A DNA stretch of 63,648 bases, counting the filler, from Folioceros fuciformis (Eukaryota): NCBI GenBank assembly GCA_049999805.1. It is 8 parts of 8 records of this genome, joined end to end, with 100 filler letters (N's around TTAATTAATTAA, not from the genome) between each part and the next. Parts side by side here need not be neighbours in the genome. Positions count along the whole stretch, not along the records: positions 1 to 18,497 come from JBNGIO010006438.1; positions 18,598 to 30,963 come from JBNGIO010006439.1; 6 more parts are not named here. One strand, given 5' to 3'. Shown piece after piece: positions 12,041 through 24,064 of this stretch (the first letter of the stretch is position 1; every line of letters begins with the position of its first letter). The translations under genes were made by a program, and so were the position numbers. The notes under the pieces are model-generated. The model was not told the DNA's origin. It saw only the letters and a program-made list of their open reading frames with translations, and did no database searches.

Positions 12041-13587
12041 ATGTTGGGACGGGCTTCGTCCGTGCTTGCGGCAGGTTCTGGCCGGAGAGGCATCCGGAGG
12101 CCGTGGTGGAATGTAGGCAGCTATGGATGGCACGCGGACAGGATAGGGCATTGTGTGGGGGCCAGAGATCTGTCCAGCGAGGGCTCGCCATCTCCGTCCT
12201 CTGGGCCCTCGGGCTTGGCTGCGCTGCGGGAGCGGCTGGCGTCCGGCGATGGACCGAGTGTGATGGATTTTATCGGCCAGACAAGCCCGGTGGAAGGCTA
12301 CTCCGTGGAAGTTGGCAGCAAGAAGAATCCCAAGGCCAAACCTGCGTGGATGAAGCAAGTCATCCCCCAGGGCGACAAGTATAGTGCCATCAAGGCCCAA
12401 CTGCGAAAGCTCAACCTGAACACGGTCTGTGAGGAGGCCAAATGCCCCAACATCGGGGAGTGCTGGACCGGCGGGGAGACCGGCACGGCCACCGCCACCA
12501 TCATGATCCTGGGAGACACCTGCACTCGGGGATGCAGGTTGGTTGCTTGTCCACGGTCTTGTGGTTTAGGGTTTGTTTTGGGGTTGGTGGTGCTTGACGT
12601 GGTGAACAGCAGGCTGGATTGCTTATGGCAGATTTTGTGCGGTGAAAACGTCTCGTGCTCCTCCCCCTCCAGATCCTGAGGAGCCTCGGAAGGTAGCAGA
12701 GGCGGTTGTGGCTTGGGGTGTTGACTACATCGTGCTCACGAGCGTGGACCGAGATGACCTGCCGGACCAGGGGAGCAACCATTTCGCTGAGACTGTGAGG
12801 TTGTTGAAAAGTAGCAAGCCGTCCATGCTCGTGGAGGCCTTGGGTGAGTTCTGTCTCTCGCGTCTTTTTCCATCGTGTTAGGGTTTGGTGGGCAGCAGGG
12901 AAGGAATGAATTCTGGGGGTTTTCTATTCCTATGGGGATCGTTGTCTGTGTGGTGTAATTGTCTGGATGGTGGTTGCAGTCCCGGATTTTCGTGGGGAGC
13001 GTGAGTGCGTGGAAAGGGTGGCTCTGTCGGGGCTTGATGTGTTTGCACACAACGTGGAGACTGTGGAAGAGCTGCAGAAGAGTGTGCGAGATCACAGGGC
13101 AAACTTCCGACAGTCTGTGGATGTGCTGAAGATAGCCAAGGCTGTGGCCCCCTCTGGCACGTTGACCAAGACGTCCGTCATGCTCGGTTGTGGAGAGACT
13201 CCATTGCAAATTGTTCGAACGATGGAGAAGCTCAGGGAGGCTGATGTTGACGTTGTGACATTTGGCCAGTATATGCGACCAACGAAGAAGCACATGCCTG
13301 TGTCGGAGTATGTGACTCCGGAGGCCTTTGAAGAGTATCGGAGGCTGGGCATGGAAATGGTAATTTGTGTTTTCCAACCTGAATTTTGTCCATCCCTGGG
13401 CTCTTTTCGCTATGTCTTGAGTTGATCATTCGTTGCCTGTTATGTGCAGGGTTTTAAGTATGTGGCCTCCGGACCTCTCGTAAGGTCCTCTTACAAGGCT
13501 GGGGAGTACTATATCAAAAACATGCTGGACAGCAGCAGGAAAAAATTGCAGGCGGCAGAATTGCAGGTGGCCTCTGCCGCCGCTTAG
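12041..13587 (+). CDS. LIP1: Lipoyl synthase, mitochondrial type (radical SAM); exons 12041-12537, 12632-12843, 12980-13359, 13450-13587
   Basis: Auxiliary-cluster motif [13 protein letters not shown], radical-SAM motif CTRGCRFC spanning intron 1, HNVETV, GQYMRP and VRSSY. Three GT-AG introns restore the frame. Arg-rich presequence. Confidence 0.96.
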
Positions 13588-14429
13588 ACAAGCGGGACGA
13601 GAGTAGGATTGAAACTTCTGTCAAATAGTTTTCAATTCATCAATTCATGGCTTGCCATGACAACCCGGCAACATTCTTTCTGCCACAGCAGTATATCAGT
13701 AGTTGTTCATCGTAGTGGAGAGTTGGACGGCTAATGCTGCCGAAGCATCAGGCTCGCTCGGTGGTTAATCTGCACTTGAGTACAGAGTCACCATCATCCG
13801 TGATGGAAAAGAGGGTTGCTCCAAGGTGAACCTTTAGTTTCCGTCATGTGATGTTGCAATCGTGTTGTACACTAGTACATATGTACAGGCATCCGAATAC
13901 ACCTACTGGTTCGCCGCTCCTCGTGCAGTGGCTGTTGGCGCATGTTTGATCAGTGTCACATGGGAAGTTATATGTCCACAGAACGTCCCAGCCCATCCTT
14001 TGTTCCCCGTCTTCGGCAGATCCTGCATTGAAAGGACGTTGGTTGTGGGCAGTTGACGAAGTCATGGCACACTGGCTGGAAAGACTAAGCAATCTTGGTG
14101 CCGCCCCTGACTAGCAAGAACAGGAAGGCTTGACTCGCAGGAAGAGGATGCTGAGGCTGTACAAGCCAAGTCCAGCGGCACGGTCGCAGCTTACATGTAG
14201 ACAGTGGGCAATAATGGGACGCACAGTACATGTATCCTTGGCAGCAGCTCTTGCGTGTGATTTGCACAGGACAGAAGTCTCACCAACCACAGCTCCCAGA
14301 TAGCTGCTCCCAGTCACATGAATACACCACAGGCCCAGTCGATCTCCCACAGTCTGTCCAGCCTTCCAGTTCAGCCAGCCGTGTACCGAGACGTAGGCGT
14401 ACCATACCCTGGTTGATGCAACCACTCTG

Positions 14430-14521
14430 TTTGCATTTAAAGTGATCAGTGTAGAGCGTGCCACTCGGAGCTCCTATTTGCATTTAAAGTGATCAGTGTA
14501 GAGAGTCCCACTCGGAGCTCC
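14430..14521. repeat. 47-bp tandem duplication
   Basis: TTTGCATTTAAAGTGATCAGTGTAGAG(C/A)GT(G/C)CCACTCGGAGCTCC twice. Confidence 0.9.
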
Positions 14522-15890
14522 GATAGCACTCGGCAAATCTCACACGTATCAATTCTCCCCTAAGCAGTGCAGCAGTCCGCGCCACTTGTGAGAAAAACAA
14601 CGAGGAAAGGGACAGGCGACGAAAAAGGGTAACCACTCTCATCCGCCTGCAGATTTGTGGTTGGCAGAAAAGGATGTCCAGCCTCCATCCATGACACAGC
14701 TTCACGTCCCCAGCACGGACTCTCCGATCACGATCCGTCTGATAGCTTTTATGTACACAGCAGCAACCACTCTTCGCCGACTTGGATGCAGCTGTAGCGA
14801 GTGGGGGCATCAGGGGCAGTCCGTAACAGGCAGAGCATGATGCGTCTCATCAAAGTGCTCCAACGTTCACCAAATGCGTACTGGCCGCCATAGCTCGTGG
14901 CCCCCCGGGTAGTTGTGGCTTGAACGACAAGAATCCAAGCACCGAGGCACCCACCGTCCCCGGGGCCCAGCCTGGTCCCATGGGCGGCCGGGCCGCGACG
15001 CGTGAAATCTCGGGTTCCCGGGTTTGGCATCCCGGGCCGACCATTCCAAATGGCGCGACCCTCTCACCGGACCAAGCTTTAAATGCTGCTTAATGGCGAC
15101 TTGCTGCGCATCGCGGCGCATTGCACACACACTGCAAACGCAGACGCTGAGGCTAAGGGACAGACAGCCCAGCACGGCCTGAGGGCAACCTTGCATTTCC
15201 GGGCTTCTTGTGGCTTCACGACCTGAGTCGAGCCTCGCATCGTCCTCGCGCTGCACATGGGATCCCCGGGCGACCGCCTCTGCGGTAAGACATTTTCCGC
15301 GCTGCTGTGTGCCGATGATCGGCCGTCCTGGAGCCTGGAACAGGCTGAAAGGATCGGATTCTTGGAAGCCCGGGTAGAGAGGTCCAGTCGCTGGTTATAA
15401 TGCGTCTGAATTTTCCTTGGAAGATCGCCGGCTATGGCCGCCGGGCCTCGGACTGGCTTGCACCAGTTGTGAACTTCTCGGATTGCCGACAGAAGAGCAG
15501 AGGAGAGGAAGGGGGAGAGGAAAGGGAGGGGGAAGGGATGCCCTTGTGCTTGCTGCCTGCTTGAACTTCCGCTCTCGGTTTCACACCGCGGGTCCTTTCG
15601 ACGTCTAGCATGGCTGCTTTGAGAGTTTTGCGGCGGGCATGCATGTTTGCATGAGTTTGTTCTTCGTGGACCTCTTGGAATCTGTTTCTAGGTTAGCGTA
15701 GATGCAGTGCGTCTGAAGATGGGAGGGGCAAATGTAGGCAGTAGAGTTGTCATATTGAGGGTCAAATTTGGGTGCTGTTTGGGTGGGGCTTGATCGCCAC
15801 TCTGACTCTCCTCTTGTTTTTTCGCCTCTCAAGATTAGGGGGTTGGAGTAGGCTTCACCAGCTGTCGTGGGAGGACAATTGTGCTGGCCA

Positions 15891-17616
15891 ATGTATTTAG
15901 GGGGATCGGGTCCTGTTGTGGGAAGTATGTATGGAGGCACGGGTGGTGCAAATGAAGGCAGGCGCCGCGTGCTCAACGGGGCGAGACATGCCTTTGGCTG
16001 CATTTGGGCTTGCAGCACCGAAGGGCGTTCCAGTCAGACTGTGGTGTCGGACATGGATGGGACGCTGCTGCGATCCAGGAGCGCTTTCCCCTACTACATG
16101 TTAGTGGCTTTTGAGGCCAGCGGTATGATCCGCTCCTGGTTGCTTCTCATGGTGGCGCCATTGGCCTGGCTCATGTACCACCATGTTGCGGAAGCCATCG
16201 GAATCCGGTTGCTCATCTTCGTGGCCTTTGCTGGACTCCGGGTTAGCGAGATTGAGTCTGTGGCCAGGGCTGTGCTCCCCAAGTTTTATGCGGAGGATGT
16301 TCACGCCCAGACTTGGAAAGTTTTCCAGAGCTTCGAGCGACGGATTATTCTGTCTGCCAACCCGCGGATTATGCTGGAGCCCTTCGCCAAAGACTACCTC
16401 GGTGCACAACATGTAATCGGCACGGAGGTGCAGGTGGCCAAAGTATGGGGTCGAGAATTCTGTACTGGATTGGTGGCCAGGCCAGGAGTGATGGTCGGTG
16501 TGAAGAAGGAGGTTGCATTGCGACGGGTTCTCGGCGACAGTGTGGCGAATGTGGGACTGGGTGATCGGCCTACAGATTTTCCATTTATGAGCATGTGTAA
16601 GGTCAGTCGTGATTGCGTTTTGCGTGAAGGGTTTTTCCAGAGGGATTCGAGTGTCCTGACCAACGAGAGCACTGTCAATTTTGCAGGAAGGGTATGTTGT
16701 GCCGCAAGAGGAGAACGTGGAGGCTGCACCCAGGAGTAGTCTTCGTAAGACCATGTACTTTCATGATGGCCGCTTGGTGCGTCGACCAGAGCCCAGCGTT
16801 GCCTTGTTCACACTCCTCTGGCTGCCCATCGGATTTGGCCTTGCATTGTGCAGAATACTCATAGCGACACATGTGCCCAGAAGTTGGATTCCCTTCGTCT
16901 ACTGGATAATGGGCATTCGTTTGTCAGTTAAGGGCAATCCTCCACCACCTGTTCGCACTGGTGCTGCTGGAAAGGGAATTCTGTTCGTCTGCACTCACCG
17001 TACACTTTTAGACCCCGTGTTCCTGTCTGTGGCCCTTGGACGGCATGTTACAGCAGTGACCTACAGCATCAGCCGTGTCTCCGAGGTGCTGTCACCTATC
17101 AAGACAGTACCCCTCACGAGAAACAAGGAGATGGATGCTGCTAACATCCACAAGCTGCTAACTGAAGGAGATGTCGCGATTTGTCCTGAGGGCACCACCT
17201 GCAGGGAGCCTTTCCTGTTGCGCTTCAGTGCTCTATTCGCCGAGCTGTCAGACCAGATTGTGCCGGTAGCCATGACGAACAGGCAGAGTATGTTCCACGC
17301 TACGACCGCTAGAGGATGGAAGGCAATGGATCCTTTCTTCTTTTTCATGAATCCCTATCCCATGTATGAAGTCACCTTCCTGGAGAAATTGTCCCCTGCT
17401 CAGCTCAGAGGGGCCAAGTATACAGATGCTGAGGGCAAAGAGGGAGAGCTCACAGCAATCGACGTGGCCAACAATGTGCAAAGGCTGTTGGCTGACGCTT
17501 TGGGATTCGAGTGCACAAATCTCACAAGGAAGGAGAAGTATAACGCGCTTGTGGGGACGGATGGGTTTGTGTCTAACTCACCAACGTGGAAGTTGGGAGG
17601 ACTTGTGGGCAGCTAA
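15891..17616 (+). CDS. GPAT6: Glycerol-3-phosphate sn-2 acyltransferase/phosphatase (GPAT4/6/8 type, cutin pathway); exons 15891 (or 15927)-16601 and 16687-17616
   Basis: HAD motifs DMDGTLL and GLGDRPTD; FHDGRLV; acyltransferase motifs HRTLLDP and CPEGTTCREP; MDPFFFFMNP. One GT-AG intron at 16602-16686. Start codon and exact ortholog are uncertain. Confidence 0.92.
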
Positions 17617-18242
17617 AATGAAGACAACTATACCTACCTTTTCCTTTTCCGAATGTAAACACTACTATCTAATGGGGTGGAAGTATCTTCTACACATTAT
17701 AATTTCATCCAAGCTTTCCGTCAATCCGCATCAAATTAAATTCTATTTTTAATATTTATTAAAAACTTTAATCATACACCACTCATATTTTAAAACAATC
17801 TTTGGACACTCCGTCCGTGTTTCATTTAGCACCCCATTCATGGCATCAAGTAAGCCGGAATAGAATGTCTCAACATTTTAATATATTATATTTTATTATG
17901 AGTAAAAAAATAAGAATGTGGTTACTTTAGTGATTTATCTCATCTCTTATCAGATAAATAATTTTCTACCTTGGCTTTTTTAAGTAAAAACATGCTTAAA
18001 CGTTGGAATTAGGTAATGATCACATTAGGCGGACTCATTTATAATGAAAGCAAATAGTATATTCTAAATTCTAGGACTCTTCAAATAAATATGTTATTTT
18101 TTTATTAATTGACTTTACCTAAGTTAGGTTAGCAATCTTGTGGACATACTTAGGTTAGCAAATATGGTGGGTTTGATTGCTTCCATATGTGGAAACTTCC
18201 TATCATAAATAGGAAGAGTGCAATTGGCAAACAAATACGAGG

Positions 18243-18497
18243 ACCATAGCTTAAAAGCAAGTGATTTGCTTTCATCTCAATATTTGGTCTCACTTGTTTT
18301 CATCCCAATATTTAGTCTCACTTGTTTTCATCCCAATATTTGGTCCTACTTGCTTTCATCCCAATATTTGGTCCTACTTGCTTTCATACCAATATTTGGA
18401 CTTGTGCTTTCTATGCCTTAATATCGTGCAAGATGGCAAGAAAACCATGTAAAAAGAGTAGGAAGGACAACAATATCGATAACAAGGATTCCAAGTC
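18243..18497 (+). repeat. Dispersed repeat with a 5 x 28-bp minisatellite (18265-18404); inverted copy of 8180-8420
   Basis: Unit CTTGCTTTCATCCCAATATTTGGTCCTA; the block runs into the gap. Confidence 0.9.
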
Positions 18498-18597
18498 NNN
18501 NNNNNNNNNNNNNNNNNNNNNNNNNNNNNNNNNNNNNNNNNTTAATTAATTAANNNNNNNNNNNNNNNNNNNNNNNNNNNNNNNNNNNNNNNNNNNN

Positions 18598-19105
18598 TTT
18601 AATGCGCTTAAGCGCTGTAGCAGGTGAGGGACCATCAATGGCTGCCTACCCGATCAACCACCCCAACCGACAGTAGCCAGGAATTCTATAAGAGTCATAG
18701 GGCTCAAGAGATAAAGTGGTTGGTCTTTGTTTCTTACCAAGCCTGAGCACACTTGTTCGTGTTCCAACAAGTGCGCTCCTGCCGGCTGCGTCGTCTGCAG
18801 CGTCTGGTAGCTTGGTGGGGATCGTGACGGCCCAGACGCCTGGGTGTGAGGTGCCGTGTTTCGCATGCACACTCGTGGGTGTCCTACTGGAGTGAGTCGC
18901 CGACAGCAGAGGCGTGTTTGGCAGACAGGAGGTGTATTCAGGTTCGCGAGGGTCGTGGTAGAAGAAAGGTACGAATAGAGTCGCACACACACAACTAGGA
19001 CAGGCCCTCCTTCGAGGGAACGAAACCTGCTAGACTACACGACAACGGGATAGGTATGGCCGCTAGAGGGAAGCCCCTGGGTGTCCCCGGATTCTTTCCA
19101 CCACA
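18598..19105 (-). mobile_element. LTR (TGTGGTGG... family) plus adjacent sequence, nested in another LTR
   Basis: Reverse complement matches 29782-30002 and 30311-30494; begins TGTGGTGG at 19105 on the minus strand. Confidence 0.7.
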
Positions 19106-19579
19106 CGCCGGTAGCCGAAGCCCCAACCTCGGTAGCCGAAGAGTGCTAACGGAGGCGCCCATGCCCAGGCGCTCTAGAAGAGCAACTCGCGCCTGGAGGG
19201 CTGAGCAGGGGGAAGTAGCAGCTAGAGGGATGGAGGACCCTCCGGTACCCCAAGAGAGCAAGGGGCAGGCAGCCCGAGGTAACCCAAGGGAGAAAGGGGT
19301 AAGCACCTCTTTTATGACAGAGGGTCGGGTTGTGCTGCAATATGAGGAGGAGGCCTCTTATGTGTCGAGCCTCTATGTGAAAGGAGCCCGAGTTCTGAAG
19401 CTATTTTTGTATGTACGCATGCGCACAGGAAGGATGCGGCGTTAAAATAGCACTACTAGCTTAGATGGACGTCACAATTCATCCCTTGTGGTGCATAGGA
19501 TGCTACATATATAGCCTTCAGGCGGGGCAACCCTCGATAAGGTAAGCCTTAGTCTCGAGGGTGCAATATCCTGATAACA
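19106..19579 (-). mobile_element. Partial LTR (TGTTATCAGG...) inserted in a Copia 3' LTR
   Basis: Starts with TG at 19579 on the minus strand, exactly where the Copia LTR at 19580-19680 is cut. Confidence 0.5.
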
Positions 19580-20512
19580 CTTAGGTGGTAGATAACTACG
19601 AGTTCAATATGGGATAATCTACACTATCCTAAGTGTTGTATGCTCTTAATATCAATTCAGTTAGATCTTGATTTCTAACACTCCTCCTCAAGCTCAAACT
19701 ATTTGTAACACTCCAAGTAGTTTATGAAAGTGTAAGAACTTATCTCTACCTAGCAACTTAGTAAAGATATTTGCTACCTGGTCTTCGGTCTTCACGTACC
19801 GAAGATCTATCTTCTCAGATAATACCACTTCCCTAATGAAATGATAATGTACTTCTATGTGCTTCGAACGAGCATGGAACACAAGATTAGTAGCTAACCT
19901 CATGCTACTCATGTTGCCACAGTAGATTGTGACCTTGCTGTTCACTATATTTCCAAGATCATGTAGCAACTTCTGCAACCAAGCTGCTTCACAGGTTGCC
20001 ATTGCAGCTCCTCGATACTCTGTTTTTGTGCTTGACACAGCAACTGTCAGTTGTTTCTTGCTTTGCCCTGCTGATCATACTACTTCCTAGACTGAATGCA
20101 TATCCACTGGTTGATCTTCTGTCATACGCACAACCAGCCCAATCAGCATCTGTATATCCTGTCAGTTCAAGATGCTTCCTATACTCAGAGCAATCCAAAT
20201 TCAGTAGTTCCTTTCACATATCTCATGATTCTTCTAATTGCATCCAAGTGTGGTTTCCTTGGGTTCTGCATGAATTGGCTAATCAGTCCTACTCCATAAC
20301 TTAAGTCAAGACGTGTGATAGTCAAGTAGATCAAACTTCCGACCATCTGTCAATACATGGTCACATTTTCCAACTCAGCTCCTACATCCATTTGTAGCTT
20401 GACGTTTTGCTCCAATGGTGTATCAATCCCTTTGCAATCTGCCATGCCATACTTCTGTAGCATATCCTTAGCATATTGTTTTTGCAATAGCCAGATTCCT
20501 TGAGGTGTAGAC
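19580..20512 (-). mobile_element. Degenerate Copia 3' portion (RT/RNaseH, PPT, partial 3' LTR)
   Basis: Motifs GYTDADWAG, RRSTSGY, HARSKHIEVHYHFIRE, DQVANIFTK. PPT GAGGAGGAG at 19681-19689. LTR starts TGTTAGAAATC at 19680 and shares ACTTAGGATAGTGTAGATTATCCCATATTGAAC with the LTR at 20513. Confidence 0.9.
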
Positions 20513-22220
20513 TGTTGAGTTATCGAGCTCTATATGAGCTAAACTCATGTGGTGTTAGTTATCCCAGTTGGGTTCATACTAGACTAGTTCTAGTTATTAG
20601 TGAACTTAGGATAGTGTAGATTATCCCATATTGAACCTGGAAGTTGTGTAGCCCTAAATGTACTACTTAAATGGAGACCTCGGACCTCCATAGTAAGACA
20701 GTGGTGATGTGTATTGTTTTCATGGTTGTGATCACCAATACCACCCTCTCTTCTCTCCTCTCCTCTCCTACACTTGCACGTAGATTGGAGTCGATCCTAT
20801 TGACATGGTATCAGAGCCCGGTGCAGGCGGTGCAAGATCGGCGTAGGAGGTGCTGCAAGAGGCAGCAAGAGTGCACACCAGAAGCTAGAGCAACTACGAG
20901 AAGTTGGAGCAGCTTGGAGGGAGATCGGCAGCAAGCGTCTCGGCAGCTAACTCTCATATCGGTGTGTGCAGGAAGTGAGGAGAAGGGCGACAAGGCCCTG
21001 TCAGCTTACTGGACTAGCTGTTGATCCCCAGAGCTCTGTGGAAGGGCTGACAAGTGGAGGCAACAGCTGCAATAGCCTCAGCAGCTGCAAGAAAGTGTGC
21101 TAACCCTAGCTTGGCAGCAGGGAAGGAATTGACAGGAAATCTCACGGGAGCTTTGTGGGCAGACAGTCAAGAGTCTGTAAGGACACGGAGCATGAGACAA
21201 TCTGGTTCACGCAAGGCAGCGTGATTCCGCACCAGATTGCTCCTAGGAAGAAGAGACTTAAGGTCTTGTGAGTAAAACTCCAGTCAGAAGCAGTCTGGTT
21301 CTTTCAGACATTTATCAGGTGTGAGTACTCAAGAAAGGATTGAGTGTCAACCTTGAGTGGTGACAAGAATGGCCAGTGACAGTATTAACCAGATCGTACA
21401 GGAGAAGCTGGACAAAAACAACTTCCATGCCTGGAAGTTTCGTTTTACAAACTTTCTTATGGGAAAGGGTTATTGGGACTACATTGAGGGGGAGCATGAA
21501 AAACCCCCTGTAGTACTTGAACGGAATGCAACAGCGGAGCAGATTAAGGCGCTGAAGGATTGGAGTCAAGGATCTCGGAAGGTCATGTATTGGCTGTCAA
21601 TCAGCATTCATGACACCATGATTGGGCACATACAGGATGCAGAGTCGCCCAAAGAAGCATGGGATGAGTTGGTAAAACTCTATGAGACTAACACGAAGGC
21701 GAGAAAACTGCAGTTGAAGAATGACTTCAACACAGTTATGAAGAAGAACTTATCAATCAATGAGTACGCGTTAAAGATCAAAGGGATAGTGGAATCCCTT
21801 GCGTCCATTGGTGTCAGTGTGGAAGATGATGACAAGGTCGAAGTTTGCTTGCGCGGGTTAACACCTGCCTACAAGCAGTTCAAGACTTCCATACAGACTC
21901 GGGAAAACATTCCCAATTTCTCAGACCTGATTTCTATGTTGATCATAGAGGAGAAAAACCTAGGCGAGGAATCATCCTCTAAGCCTAAGGAAAACTCTGA
22001 GCAGGCCTTCTACTCTAGCAGAGGCAGAGGTAGAGCCCAAGGTGGCAGAGGGCAAAGAGGTGGTAGAGGTCGGAATCCCTACCAAAATCAACAACAGAAT
22101 CAGGAGTCCCAGTACAAGAGTACACGTGGAAGAGGAGAAAATTCTCGAGGCTGGGGGAGTCAAAGAGGACGTGGAAATCAACAACAAAATGATGCAAATG
22201 CAGACAATAGTGGTTGCTGG
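20513..22220 (+). mobile_element. 5' half of a Copia element (LTR 20513-20805, PBS, gag), truncated at the zinc knuckle
   Basis: TG...CA LTR; PBS TGGTATCAGAGC at 20806-20817; gag ATG at 21369 (KLDKNNFHAWK, SPKEAWDEL, RGG-rich linker); ends at SGCW. Confidence 0.93.
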
Positions 22221-22238
22221 ACACGAAGGATGTGGTGA
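21369..22238 (+). CDS. Copia Gag (capsid region intact, nucleocapsid knuckle lost)
   Basis: Open frame with Copia gag motifs; the last codons come from PPR sequence read out of frame. Confidence 0.85.
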   Translation: MASDSINQIVQEKLDKNNFHAWKFRFTNFLMGKGYWDYIEGEHEKPPVVLERNATAEQIKALKDWSQGSRKVMYWLSISIHDTMIGHIQDAESPKEAWDELVKLYETNTKARKLQLKNDFNTVMKKNLSINEYALKIKGIVESLASIGVSVEDDDKVEVCLRGLTPAYKQFKTSIQTRENIPNFSDLISMLIIEEKNLGEESSSKPKENSEQAFYSSRGRGRAQGGRGQRGGRGRNPYQNQQQNQESQYKSTRGRGENSRGWGSQRGRGNQQQNDANADNSGCWTRRMW

Positions 22239-24064
22239 CATGGAATGCCCTGATCGCTGGGTATGCACAGCAAGGACTCGGCGACGAGGCACTTGTTGTG
22301 TATGGACAAATGGAGGAGGCGGGCCTCGTAGTGGCTGACCGCGTTACTTTTGCGTGCCTATTGAAGGCGTGTGCAAGTACTGGTGCCTTGCAGAAGGGCA
22401 GGGAGCTCCACTCACAGATTGTCAAGAGAGAACTGCTGGATGATATAGTGGTGGGAAACTGCCTGGTGGACATGTATGCAAAATGTGGTGGGCTGGAATA
22501 TGCACGCCAGGTTTTTGAAAGCATGGACACGAAGGATGTGGTGACATGGACGGCCCTGATCGCTGGGTATGCACAGCAAGGACTCGGCCAAGAGGCGCTT
22601 GTTGTATATGCACAAATGGAGGAGGCGGGCCTCGTTTTTGCTGACGGTGTTACTTTTGCGTGCCTTCTGAAGGCGTGTGCAAGCACTGGTGCCTTGCAGA
22701 AGGGCAGGGAGCTCCACTCACAGATTGTCAAGAGAGAACTTCTGGATAGTATACTGGTGGGAAACTGCCTGGTGGACATGTATGCAAAATGTGGTGAGCT
22801 GGAAGATGCACGCCAGGTTTTTGACAGCATGAACACAAAGAATGTGGTTACGTGGACCGCCCTGATTGCAGGGTATGCACGGCAAGGGCTCGGGCAAGAG
22901 GCGCTTGTTGTGTATGGACAGATGGAGGACGCAGGCCTCGTTTTGGCTGATGATGTTACTTTTGCTTCCATTCTGAAGGCGTGTGGAAGCACTGGTGCCT
23001 TGCAGAAGGGCAGGAAGCTGCACTCACAGATAGTCGAGAGAGAACTGCTGGATGATATAGTGGTGGGAAATTGCCTGGTGGACATGTATGCAAAATGTGG
23101 TGAGGTGGAAGATGCACGCCAGGTTTTTGACAGCATGGCCACTAAAGATGTGGTTACATGGACAGCCCTAATTGCTGGGTATGGTGCTTGTGATGAAGGT
23201 CGCAAGGCGCTAGCTTGTTTTGAGGAGATGTTAGCTGCCGGTGTTCAGCCTGACGATGCTACTTTTACTTGCCTTCTAGTGGCATGCAGTCATGGGGGTC
23301 TGGTAGAGGAGGGTCGCAAGCTCTTTGATTCCATGGCTGAACAGCATGGTGTCATACCTACTGTTGAGCATCACAACTGCATGATTGATCTTCTTGGGCG
23401 TGCTGGCCAATTAGATGAGGCAGAGAGGATGCTATTATCATGTGAGGGCCAAAGTGATGTGGTGTGTTTGACATCTTTGTTGAATGCCTGCAAAAGTCAC
23501 GGAGATCTAGAGAGGGCTGTGCGGTGTTTTGAAAGCATTGTTAGGCTAGAGCCCCAGAAGGCACCTGCCTATGTTCTCATGGCGAGTGCCTATGCAGATG
23601 CAGGTAGGTGGACCGATGTAGACAGGATTGAAACCCAGAGAAAGGCAGCAGGAGCTAAGAAGAAGCCAGCAGTGGCAAGCATTGAGGTGAATAAGGAGGT
23701 ACACAGATTTCTGGTGGGAGAAAGGAGAAAGGATATTGCGCTTAAGGTAGAGAGCACGAATGCGCGTGTGAAGCAGGAAGGAGGCCACGTACCTCACACA
23801 AAGTTGGTGTTGAAGCCACTGAGTGAGAAGGCAAAGGAAGACGTGCTTTGTGGGCATGCTGAGAAGCTAGCTCTGGCGTTTGGTCTGTTGAACACTCCGA
23901 ATGGGACACCTCTGATGGTAACCAAGAATCTACGCATGTGCAGTGATTGCCACAGCTCCACGGCCATCATGTCGAGGCTTGAGCAGAGAGACATTGTTGT
24001 GAGGGATGGGTACCGTGTGCATCGATTCGCAAATGGTTGTTGCAGTTGTAAGGGTCGACCATGA
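22218..24064 (+). CDS. PLS-PPR-E-DYW:KP (GRP-type) RNA editing factor, copy A, 5'-truncated and joined to Copia gag
   Basis: Three P-L-S triplets plus P2-L2-S2 and E1/E2; KKKPAVASIEV, CGHAEKLA, RMCSDCH, C-terminal CSCKGRP. Open frame but no transit peptide. Confidence 0.92.

Noticed and set aside
12041-17616. LIP1 + GPAT as a lipid biosynthetic gene cluster
   Set aside because: Different pathways and compartments (mitochondrial lipoate versus ER cutin precursors); two-gene adjacency is not evidence
18265-18404. 28-bp repeats of CRISPR-like length
   Set aside because: Head-to-tail minisatellite without spacers
18498-18597. TTAATTAATTAA palindrome inside N runs (7 occurrences) and ORFs ending in ...LIN
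   Set aside because: Artificial scaffolding linker with stops in all frames. It also means contig order and adjacency across these gaps are uncertain.
22211-22238. Programmed -1 frameshift making a Gag-PPR-DYW fusion
   Set aside because: The PPR frame has TAG at 22208-22210 and the remaining overlap has no X-XXY-YYZ slippery heptamer
22015-23205. Long antisense ORFs over PPR repeats (also 55774-56963)
   Set aside because: Shadow frames of the repetitive PPR coding strand
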